Source: Amoebophrya sp. A120 (lineage: Eukaryota > Protista > Dinoflagellata). Taken from it: DNA of 64,000 bases. Each line of letters starts with the position of its first letter. Position 1 is the first letter of the stretch. The translations under genes and the position numbers were made by a program. The notes under the pieces were generated by a model that did not search any database, had not been told where the DNA came from, and saw only the letters and a program-made list of their open reading frames with translations. Below are positions 11,024 to 21,885 of the stretch, one piece after another. The DNA lies in the NCBI GenBank assembly GCA_905178155.1, contig CAJINV010000004.1:10271661-10335660 (forward strand). The letters run 5' to 3'.

Positions 11024-12154
11024 ATGTCGAAACTACAAAGTGAACACTGTAAACCCGCGCCCTCCTCGTCCTCCACCTCGTCCGGCGCAGTCGGAGGTGG
11101 AGCTCAACCCCCTGCTGCAGAAGCCCCACGTTATTCCGGCACGCCGAAGGTTTACTGCCTGGGCGACTCGCTGACGCAGGGCGGGAGCCACAACAACGAG
11201 GGCTGGGTGACGAAGCTGCAAAGATATTTCTTGCGGAGGGCAGATGTTGTGAACCGGGGTTTGTCGGGGTATAACGCCAGATGGGTCAGGCGGTTCATCG
11301 AAGATATGCTAGAGAAGGACTTGGGACGACCAAGAAGTAGATTTGGAAACGATAAAGAGCAGAAGAACACAGAGCATGAAGATCCACCTCGTCCTGCTGC
11401 CGATCAACATGAAGATGCTAAACCGTTGTTCGCCACGCTATGGCTCGGTGCAAACGACGCCTGCCTGCCCGAGGCAGGGACGCAGCACGTCCCGCTTGGG
11501 GAATTCGCGGAAAATTTGGAATTCATCGCAAAATTGCTTCTCGACGAGTACGTCGATAATTTAATCATCCTCACTCCGCCGTGCATCGCCGAGCAGCAAC
11601 GGATCCGTTTCACGATGAACAGTGGCGCTGCAGCTGCTGGAGGTCGTCCTGCAGCGGGGGATAGTACTGATCCAGCTGGAGCTCCTCCAACCCCCGCAAC
11701 TCCTGGCGACAACGCTGCCCAATGTGAGCAGGAGGATGCTGTTGAGTCGGAGGACAGCTGCTCCATCGACCGCGTGAACGAAGTAACGGTCCAGTACCGG
11801 GACGAGGTTCTTCGACTGGTCGAGAAGTTGAAAGCAGAAATATCAGCGGAAGAGCCGAAAAATGGCACAAGTTCTACATCAAGACATGGAAACATCAAAA
11901 AGCTTGCCTGCATCGACACCTACGAGCTGTTTTGGGCGGAGCGCGCGGCGATCCTGCAGCTGGACGGCTTGCATTTTGGCTGGCAGGGAGAGCAGATGAT
12001 TTTCGAAGAAGTGGAAAAAATTGTCAGTCAAGAATTCGGCTTCGGAGTTTTGCCCGACCCAGTCACCCGGCATTTCGGGCATGGCAGAGCGGTGGCCGAA
12101 AACTTGCCGATGGTGTTGCCCTACTGGAACGATCCGCGCTTGCGCGTCGAGTGA
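11024..12154 (+). CDS. SGNH/GDSL hydrolase, IAH1-like esterase
   Basis: Blocks GDSLTQ, NRGLSGYN, WLGAND and DGLH. Intronless. Confidence 0.9.
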   Translation: MSKLQSEHCKPAPSSSSTSSGAVGGGAQPPAAEAPRYSGTPKVYCLGDSLTQGGSHNNEGWVTKLQRYFLRRADVVNRGLSGYNARWVRRFIEDMLEKDLGRPRSRFGNDKEQKNTEHEDPPRPAADQHEDAKPLFATLWLGANDACLPEAGTQHVPLGEFAENLEFIAKLLLDEYVDNLIILTPPCIAEQQRIRFTMNSGAAAAGGRPAAGDSTDPAGAPPTPATPGDNAAQCEQEDAVESEDSCSIDRVNEVTVQYRDEVLRLVEKLKAEISAEEPKNGTSSTSRHGNIKKLACIDTYELFWAERAAILQLDGLHFGWQGEQMIFEEVEKIVSQEFGFGVLPDPVTRHFGHGRAVAENLPMVLPYWNDPRLRVE

Positions 12155-13352
12155 GCTATTTGTCATTCCGCTTCTTTCCGCAGCATTGCTTTATTTTTCA
12201 ACTTTCTGAGTACTTACGCTTACGCACGTATTTGAGACGACCATGCTTCTTTCAGACTAAGAACGACGTGTGCTGAATAAGTAGCTGATTGCCGCTACTG
12301 CTGTAACCACTTGCAGTTCGATTTCTGCATCACTTGATGTCCTGTAGCAGGTGGCCGCGCGTAGTGGATTCGAAGACACTTATTTGACCCGCAAGGGCAG
12401 AAAGAGAACAAGTCGGTCTAACACTATGATTTCACCTGCACACCGCAGTAGCTTGCTTCGTTCACACTCACAAGTAGTTTGTATAAGGGAGTACTACTCG
12501 AAGGAGCTTCAGGAAATAAATCTATCGGTGCGAGATAGCTACAGAAATGATTCGGTGTTTGTGTAGTTTGATAGCACGTCATCACTATTCTATCTGTGCA
12601 GTAGCAGGCACAAAAGCGCGGTCGCCTCAATCGGTGGTAGAGCAGAATTGCTGGAAGCCAAAACACGAAGTCGGTTTTTGGACGTCCTTCTGCTCGTTGG
12701 AACAGATAGTTCAGCTACTAGAGCATCGGTCTTCCATAGATGACATTACAGCGAGATAAACCTCGATCTCTTCACTTCGTTTCTCTTCGTCAACTCCAAC
12801 GGTCGTAAGTAGTTTCTTGGTGTCTGCATGTTGATTTGTCATTTCAATTTTCCTACGACCGAAACTTTTTCACATCAAGGCCACCATTCTGGACCCCCAC
12901 TAAAACAAAGAAACTTTATTTCCCCCGTAGAATCTCGAAGAAATCATTATATCAACGATCATCCCCCCAAAACGGTATTCTATACTATTACAACCCTCTT
13001 TGTGTACACTAAAAGACAAATACCTAGGATGGTACCAAGCTCGTCTTGTACATCTATACTTTGCTGGCGAGCAGGACCTCCTGAAAAAATAGAAGACACG
13101 TTTCCGTTTCCATTCCTCTACTAGCTGTAAAATTTTCGATTACAAATAGAATTTCTCTCTTACTGCGGGTAATTTCACGACAACAAGAAGTATTTCTACA
13201 TTCCCCCAACATATCTTCAACGATCATTTCTCAAACGTAATTGAAGTTTCTATAATTTTCCCCGAAAATAAAAAGCTTCTCCTGAAGCATTAAACGAAAA
13301 GCTTCTCCTGAAGCATTAAACTACCGCATCTTCATTTTAGTATTAAGCAGCC

Positions 13353-16300
13353 ATGCATACCATCATCAACCTGAACAGTACCTCCAAGCTCCCCGGCGCA
13401 GGAGGAGCCGGGACGACGAGCGGCAAAAACCGGCTCACGAAGGGCGCGCTGTCTATTGCGCAGAACCGGCAGCGGCACGATCCCACGCGGAGCTTGCGCG
13501 ACACCTCCGACCGCTTCGAAAAGTACCGATCCGGGTCGCAATTGAACGACCGCAAGGACGGCTACCACAAGTCCGACAAAGTCCTCGGGCACGGGGCCAA
13601 GGGCGACGTGCACGAGGCGATCCGCGTGGATATCCTTTGTAAAAACGTCCCCACCCCAGAGTTGTAATGCAAATGCGCAATGACAGGAACATTTGTAATG
13701 CGCATCCCCATGAGAGGTATTTCCAATCGTGATTTGGCATTTGTAATGCTGTAAACAGGATTAGAAATTGGCTTTCTCATGCGGCTTGCCTTACTATGCA
13801 CCACTATACTACAGACGAAAACTTGTCATGTACAACTCCCAAAGCTTGCCGATTTGTCTAGCAGATTTCCCATCTTGACTCTGGTGTGGGGACGTTTTTA
13901 CTCAGGATAGTGGAGGGGGGCTGCTTTCGGTACGTGGCGTTGAAAAGGATCAAGCTGTCTTCGATGTCGTTCAACACGGCCCGGGCGACGATGTACGTGG
14001 AATTAAGAGTGGCGGAGCTGGTGAACAGCGTCAACGAAAAGGAGATCCAGGAGAAGAAAGATTCTCAAAATCTTGCGCAAGAGAACAAGCGAATAAATCT
14101 CAGCCCCATGTCCTCCTCCACGCGGTTGGGCGGGTCGAGCTCACCCAACAGTAGCGCCAGCGGGTCCGGGAACGAAGCCGCTGGAGATGGATTATCTTCT
14201 CCGAATGGGAATGGAAGTCAGAGTCATCACACCAGGTTGGCCAAGAACCTGGCCTTGACTGGTGATCATGAGCCTGGGTTTGGTGCAGCGGCTCATTCGA
14301 CGTCGATTTCTTTCTCTGGCGCTCCTTTCTCCACTTACGAAAACACGACGGGGATCCGGCGCGCTGATCTCGACAGCCACAACAGCAGCTTCAACCAAAA
14401 AACTACAGGCCAGCATCAAAACCTCCCGCCCTATCAGAAGATTCTGACCGTTTCCAAAGGTTTGTGGGAGGCGGCGCGACCGCGCTGCAAAAACCTGATC
14501 CAGCTTTTGGACTGGTTTCCGGGGAAAGACGGCATTGACCGCGAGATCTTTTTGGTCATGCAGCGGGGCGACTTGGGCTTGGAAAAAATGATCAACTTTG
14601 TCACGAAAAAGCGCACGGACTACGAGTCCAGCTTTGCCACGGCGAAAGTGTCGATTTTACGGGAGAAGAACCATTTTTACAATCTGAATCAGCACATTCT
14701 AACCCAAGCGGACGCGGATCTGATGCACGCGAATCGGGGGGTGCTCGAGTCGGTCGACCGCCACGGAGAAATTACCGCCAGCATGCTGAACAAGCAGCTG
14801 GCGGGGCAAGACGCGCGGGAGTTCCGCTCAAACTTCGCCGCGAATTCGTGGGATCATCACGGCAACAGAAATAACAGTGGTAACAACGACAGTTCGTTCA
14901 ACGTCTACAACAAGAAGGAAAACAAATTGAATCAAACGATCAAGCTCCCACCCATCAGCCGTACAGTCAGTAACACTTCATCCGGTGCAAGAACCAGCGC
15001 CGCGGCCGCTGCGAAAAAAGCGGCTATTTATCCACTGCAAAAGTATCGTACTCGTATAAATGCGAATCTAGCATCACAGATCTGCTTTCTTACCTGAATC
15101 TGCATGACAAATTTCATTTTTCTTCTAGGAAAAATTTGTCATGCGAATTGTACTAGTACGAAACTTTTGCGATGCATATTATTATGAACAGCACGATGTC
15201 GGTTTCGCTCTCGTCCGGCGAGCCGCTGGATTTCGACGGCAAGAGACTGCCGAAGAGCCTGCGGGTGCCGGGGTACTTTAAGGGTTTTCTGGAGAGAAAC
15301 AAGCTGAATGGGAATAGCATGAGCACCTACGTGCCCCCAAAGCAGATGGAGGGCAGCCACAGGCAGAGTTCGCCAACCTATAGAGGTTTAACATCTCCTC
15401 GTCTGGATGAAGACGATCTATTTGATGCGGTTGAACCGCTTTCTGGAGGTGAAGACGACGAGGGTTTTTCTTCCTCTTCAGCCACAGCAGACAGAGACGA
15501 GAACTACACTATCAACGAACAGAACCGCAGTCGGGGCCGGAGCAAAGCAGAAAACAAGCGCCGCACATCAAGTCGTCCACATCCGACCGCAACCACGACC
15601 AGGGAAGATGTTGTCGAAACTTCCACAAGGGACAACAAGTCAACGCAACCCGCCGCGACCAACTGGCGGACTCTGTACGAACAGGAGCGCGCCACCCGGA
15701 GGTCCAACAACCACTACGGTGGGGCCAACAACGTGGACATCCGCGACCAGATGTCGGCGGGTGCGCAGCGGTTTGCGGAGGGGGAAATCCGGAAGGTTTA
15801 CTGGCACATTCTGTCCGCTTTGGACTACCTGAACTCTCTGGGAATCGTCCACCGGGACGTGAAGCCGGAAAACATTCTGTGGTGCGAGCACGACAAGGCG
15901 CAGACCTTCCCCATGATGCACCCGGCGAGCGCTTTCAACCCGTTTGGAGGCGGCCCCGGCCCGCAGCGGAATTTAGAGGAAAGTGCTGTAGAGACGAAAA
16001 ACCTGCCGCATCACTTCAACAGCCTGAAAGAGTACAGAGAGTACATGAAGGAACAGGAAAACCTATTCTGAGTAAGAACATCCCTACCCCAGAGTTGTCA
16101 TGCAAATCTGCATGCCAAAAAAGTTTCTCATGCGAAGCCCCATGAGAAGCTTTTTCTAGTCGTGTTTTGGGATTTGTGCTGCTAGAAAAAGCATGATATG
16201 CTAGACCTGTGAGTCTGCTGAACTAGCTAAACAGGATTACACTACGAGGACAAACTTGTCATGCGACACAACCAAAGTTGGCTGATTTGTCTAGCAGCTT

Positions 16301-17520
16301 CCCCATTTTGACTCTGGTACTATGGGGACGTTTTTACACAGGATAAAACCAGAAAGAGCAAGAGAAACTGGACGAACAGAACTTGCTCAGCGGGAACAGC
16401 GCAGCAGGGTTCATGAGCTTTCCATCAAACAGTAATTATTCGTCGAGCAGTTCTTATGGGAACAACACTTCTTCTTCTTCTTCAAACTATCGCACCAGAA
16501 CGCAGCGCAGCACGTTTCTGACCGAGAACACTCCCTTGCCGCAGCAGGGCGTCTACAAACTCTCCGACTTTGGGTCCGCTTTCATTTTGCCAAACGCGAC
16601 CAGTTTGGTGAACCAAAGGCAAACCATTCTGAACAAACAGCCAGAGCACGTGCAGAAGAAGATTCTTGACGGCGCGCAGTCGAACGGCATCGGGAGAATC
16701 CACATCTACAACGAATCTCGGCAAGCGGTAGGCACGTTGTCCACCATGGCGCCGGAGGTCATGCGGGGCCAGGCACACGACAACAGCTGTGACATTTGGT
16801 CGCTGGGGTGCGTGTTGTATGAACTGGCGCAGCTCGAGAAGTGTTTCATGCCGTGGGAGCTCTCAGCATATCAGATGGCGATGGAGGGGTGCAGTGGGTT
16901 CGCGAATGGGGGGCTGTTGCAACTACCCGCCTGTTTGAAAAACGCAAAAGAGCAGCTGGGTAAATCAGGAGAAAACAGCCTCCTGAAGGTGACAATAAGC
17001 GCGACGGATAGTGCGGGTGCCCGAGACAGGTCTGCGTCAAACAACAGCAAATATCCACAGATCGAAAAGCTACACCAGCGGAACCGCGGGAAAAATCCCA
17101 GACCAAGTGTGCCAATACCGAGCAAGGGCGAGCGAATCCACCGGAATGACCTGAAACCAAAGTATCTATCGATAAATTGCATTTTCATTTAATTTTTGCT
17201 TCCGTTCCTCAAATGTAAGTAGACCCAGGAGCCGCATATAAGTACATACATGATCAACTTGTCGTGTCAGGCTCGTTTCTTACTTAGTACACAGAAAAAA
17301 TTCATCCCATTTCATGAAAACCAACAGGGGAAGCTGGCTCCGGTGGACGTATAGCAACGGCCTGCGTGCTGCTGTGGCCGAATGTCTGGAGTACAAGCCA
17401 AATAACCGACCGACGGCGAGCAAACTCTTGGAGGAGAACGAGAACGGCATCGAAAAAGTAGCTCTGAACAACAACAGCTCCAGCGCCTGGACGGCACTAC
17501 GGGTGTTTAACGACATGTAA
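13353..17520 (+). CDS. Ser/Thr protein kinase with large low-complexity inserts, 5 exons
   Basis: GHGAKG, VALK, HRDVKPEN, DFG, APE, DIWSLG and RPTA occur in order after removing three introners and one GT-AG intron. Confidence 0.9.
13631..13909. mobile_element. Introner family A (279 bp)
   Basis: TATC...GATA ends; direct repeat GTGGA. Removal gives IRVEGGCFRYVALK. Confidence 0.93.
15029..15178. mobile_element. Introner family C (150 bp)
   Basis: TATC...CATA ends; repeats CTATT/TTATT. Joins ORFs 13886.. and 15172.. in frame. Confidence 0.88.
16064..16345. mobile_element. Introner family A (282 bp)
   Basis: TATT...GATA ends; direct repeat AAACC. Removal gives EQENQKEQEK. Confidence 0.92.
17162..17294 (+). 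other. Canonical GT-AG intron
   Basis: AA|GTATCT...ACACAG|A. Joins in frame to the kinase subdomain XI exon. Confidence 0.75.
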
Positions 17521-18574
17521 AAGTACATGCAGGAGCAGTGCAAAACCAAAAGGACTGTCGGTGTCGGCTCAAGTGTCGACTTCGTATAATGGAGAAAAGC
17601 GAAAGGTTGTCGAGTTATTGCTGCCAGCTTTAGGGGTGTGTCGCTGGATTAGCTTTAGCCCCCATCTAAGACGAAACGATGTCGGGCATCGCAGCAGCAA
17701 TTCGTCACCTCCTTAAAAAACTTTAAATTTTGTTACGAAAGGAGCCACAACACATGACATACCAAAAAGAAACACACATGTGGTCGTGATGTATTACACA
17801 TTCGATATCTTGAAATTGTCTTCCTTGTGTACAGAGTCAGTCGAAGAATTTTCGTTTTCCTCAGTGGAGGCGTGAGGAAAAATCCGTGCTGGTCATTCTA
17901 GTTGAATGTGATGGCACACAGTATGACGAGTCACAACTTGTGTTCCGTGTCTATCGTCAGAATTCTGAGCAGCAGGCGGGAGTTCGTGTACTCCTTCACT
18001 TTTTTGCATTCGTTGCAGGAGCAGGCATCTTAAACGGTGGGGAAATTTGTATTAGAAGGCGACACTTCCTGTTTTGAGAAGGGAAAGAGGACCGACGAGA
18101 TGAGAGCAGCAATTATTTTTACTGGTGATCCTGGTAGGTAATGTAGTACTCGTCAGTCTCTGTGCCGATTTTTAACTTTTTATATTTTTACAACATTGTC
18201 TGTAATGACACATCTAATCGGATTCCTTTTTGTTGATTGTGTCGTTCTTTCGTTGCATGTGAGTTTAAAATATTAACAAAACAAAACAAACAAAATGAGC
18301 ATCTCCACCTCCGGGGCAGTATATAAAATACAAATTTTCCAATAGGCGTGGGCCTGTAGGCCTAAATTCCGGTCGGTTGGTCGGTCGGTTGGTTGGTTTT
18401 GGACAGACGACAATTGACCGAACCCGCTGCATTGTGTTTTGTGTTTTTCTGAGATTCATCTATTATTACTGTTGAAGCTGCCTACCTACCCACCTACCTG
18501 GCGTCTTTTCGATTCATTGTAGTACCGTGATCGCACCGATCCACCTACCTACCTATCCCTTGCCACCCAGAGAC

Positions 18575-19430
18575 AGCTGCCTACTGGTCACGCCTACCGA
18601 CCTACCCACCCACATGGTGGGTAGGTGGGGCGAGGGAGCGCGCGCTGCCTATTGGCCACGCCTACCGACCTACCGACCCACCAGCCTGGTGGGTGGGTGG
18701 GGCGAGGCAGGGTGCGCTGCCTATTGGCCACACCTACCGACCTACCCACCCACCTCGCTGGTGGGTGGGTGGGGCGAGGGAGCGTGCGCTGCGTATTGGC
18801 CACGCCTACCGACCTACCCACCCACCAGCCTGGTGGATGGGTGCGGCGAGCAAACGCTGTCTATTGGCCACGCCCACCGACCTACCCACCCACCTCGCTG
18901 GTGGGTGGGTGGGGCGAGCGTGCGCTGCCCCTTGGCCACGCCTACCGACCTACCCACCCACGGGCCTGGTGGGCGGGTGGGGCGAGCGTGCGCTGCCTAT
19001 TGACCACGCCTACCGACCTACCCGCCCACCTCGCAGGTGGGTGGGTGGGGTGAGCGTGTGTTGCCTCTTGGCCACGCCTACCGACCTACCCACCCACCTG
19101 CCTGGTGGGTGGGTGGGGCGAGCGCGCGCCGCCTATTGGCCGGGCTGCCGAGCGACCTACCCACCCACCAGGCCGGTGGGGGTGTGGGGCGAGCGTGCGC
19201 TGCCTACTGGCCACGCCTACCGTCCGACCTACCCACCCACCTGCCTGGTGGGGGGGGGCGGGGCGAGCGTGCGTTGCCTATTGGCTACGCCTACCGACCC
19301 ACCCACCCAGCTGCCAAGCGGGGGGGGGCGAGGGAGCGTGTGTTGGCTATTGGCCACGCCTACCGACCTACCAACCCACCTGCCAAGCGGGGGGGGAGGG
19401 GGTGGGGCGAGCGTGCGTTGCCTTTGCCTA
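18575..19430. repeat. Minisatellite, ~12 units of ~67-72 bp
   Basis: Unit TATTGGCCACGCCTACCGACCTACCCACCCACC..GGTGGGTGGGTGGGGCGAGCGTGCGCTGCC. Confidence 0.92.
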
Positions 19431-19689
19431 TGGCTCAATCTATTAGCAGGGGGTTTGCAAGCAAGGGACTCGCGAAGCCAAGGGGTTGTGCAAAAAGCCC
19501 CCGCTCGGCATGACCAAGCGGGGGCGGATCCAAATTTTGCGCGAGTTTGTCTCTATTTCCCAAGTGTGTTTTGCTTGGGTTGAGGAAACGCAGGCCGTGG
19601 CTGGAGAAAAGTGCAGCATTGGAGCCCCGACCTCTTTCTATCTCACAGGCGCAAACTCTCACGAGGCCCCCCGGAGCTCCGACTGCGTC

Positions 19690-19895
19690 CACGCAGCACA
19701 GATTTGTGTCTCCGGCGAGCTGCGCGCCGCACAGATTTGCGCGCAACACACAGCACAGATTTGCGCGCAGCGCCGATTTGTGCTGCGCGCACGCAGCGGA
19801 GATTTGTGTCTGCGGCGAGCTGCGCGCAGCACAGGTTTGTGGCGCGCGCAACACAGACTGGCGTCCACGCAACACAGATTTGCGTCTGTGTTGCG
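19690..19895. repeat. Degenerate array of GCACAGATTTG motifs
   Basis: About eight copies of (G)CACAGATTTG(T/C)G and variants. Confidence 0.8.
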
Positions 19896-21885
19896 TGGAC
19901 ACATCGAACTCTCCTTCTGCCGAGACCTTTCTGCCGCCCTGGCGGAAGTGCCTACTGGGCGGCGATAGGATGCGGCGCTACCAGCCTCGCAGGGGCGGGC
20001 TGCAGCCCCGGTAGGGAGGCAGGTGCGCCGCGCGCCCCGACCACCCCCCTATCGTGCTTCGCCCTCCTTGCCGTTGCGGTTGTCTTCTAAATCCGAAACC
20101 GATATGCGTTTTTCCATAAGTCGTAAACTCGGTCAATTGTCGTCTGTCCAAAACCAACCAACCGACCGACCAACCGACCGGAATTTAGGCCTACAGGCCC
20201 ACGCCTACTCAAATTTTCATATTTTTGTTTTTTTCATGCATACATCTATAAAATGAAAGATCATATGCTAATGAATGATGATGAATGCAAATTTCTATGC
20301 AAAATCATGGGTGATCTGCTGTCATGGCACTAAGGTATACATCTGTTTTTCTTTTTTCTTCTGATGCAAAATGAAAATACAAAACAAACAGCTCCCGACG
20401 ACTCGCGTCTTTATATGTTGCTTGTTAAGTGTCTGTTCGTCCAAGAGATCGAAATTTTAAGATCATAAGAGACTTCGGTACTTTTCGGTAGATTTCGATC
20501 TTCGTGACATCGTCGATTTTGTATACTCTCGTTCATTATCGACGCTACAGGCTATTCGTCATTTCCTCAGCTCTTATCTTTTAGTTCGGGTCGTATCTTC
20601 GTAGCATCTTTCCGTACATCCATCGTGCTTTCGCGCTATATATCGTACACTTTCGATTCATCATGCAATACGTATTCTCCTCGTCTTTCGTCATCGTCGC
20701 TCGTATCGATCGAATTATCGTATTTATTAATCTACTGCATCGTCTATCGTAATCCCTCTCCCCTACATATATTTTCCTATTCGCTTTTCGGTCAACTTCG
20801 GTTTCCATCCGATCCTGCCGATCTTCGTCTCCGGTTTGTTCTGTGTGGTGTTGTTTTGCTTCCTCCGCGACCTCATTATCTCTACAACACGTTAAAACTA
20901 TGAGCACTTGGACGGTGGAGCCGGCGCCCCTACCCGCCTTGTGCACTGGGATCATAGTTTTAAGCGAGCACCATTGCACATCCACCACCTAGGGCTGCCT
21001 TCCCACGCAGCGTGGGCGATATGCTTTGGACGGTAGGGGCAGAAGTGTTGTCCTTTCCCTCTCTCTCCCTTTCGTCGTTTCTTGTTTAGCTTTTGTGTAT
21101 GTCATATCGGTGTAAGACTAAGACATAAACACATTTTACAACATTGTCATTGTGTTTTCCTTTTCTTCTTTGACTTCGTGGGGCAGCGTGACGAGTGAGA
21201 AAGAAACATCTTATTTCCAGTAGCATGTATTTCAGTCATTTCTGATGTTTCCTTGGATTTCTTACGCCCGCTGCAAGGAAAAACTGGATAAGTCCACTTC
21301 TTCCAGAGCTTGTGTGTACTACTACCTTCAACGCACGTTTTAGCCTCCCGAGAAAGAACACAAGAAAAAAGCACAGCAATAGCGTCACTACAAAGAACAA
21401 AGATTTTTGCGAGTGCCGTGTAGAACAAAGCATAGAGTGCTGTTGAGAACAAATGTGTGTGAAAATGTGTGCTTCCACTGTCCAAATTCGCTTATCCGTC
21501 AACAAACTTGCTTTCAAATTCAAACATGGTGTCCTCACTCTTCATGAAATTTTGGCAGAGTCCCTCCCTGTCAGCACATGAATCATCATCTTCACCACCC
21601 CAGCGCATAAAGGGAACAAAAAAGAAAACCTCCATTTTGTTCCATGAGAAAAAGAATACGACCCTACATGCAACTACAGATGCGGGAGGACCAGCGCGAG
21701 CTCATGGTTCTTGTAATGTGCTAAACAGTAGCCGCGACTCCAAGCGTGGCCAGCTTTACGTTCCGTTGTTGCTCAAAAAATCTTCCTCCAGCACAGCTTC
21801 TCCTGGTTGTTCGTCACCAAAAAGTAGTACATTTGCCAAAGCGGCCGCCACAAGAAAGACCAAGAAACTTCTGCAAGGGACGGAG

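Larger units (their letters stand above)
18340..20210. mobile_element. Non-autonomous TIR DNA transposon (~1.87 kb)
   Basis: Perfect 79-bp inverted repeats at 18343-18421 and 20129-20207, flanked by (C)AAATTTTC on both sides (8-9 bp TSD). No transposase ORF. Confidence 0.88.

Noticed and set aside
13271-13321. 26-bp tandem duplication upstream of the kinase
   Set aside because: It is a simple two-copy slippage duplication with no further evidence of function.
18575-19430. CRISPR-like array or repeat protein ORFs
   Set aside because: The units are wholly repeated with no unique spacers, there are no cas genes and the context is eukaryotic. ORFs in all frames are by-products of GC-rich repeats.
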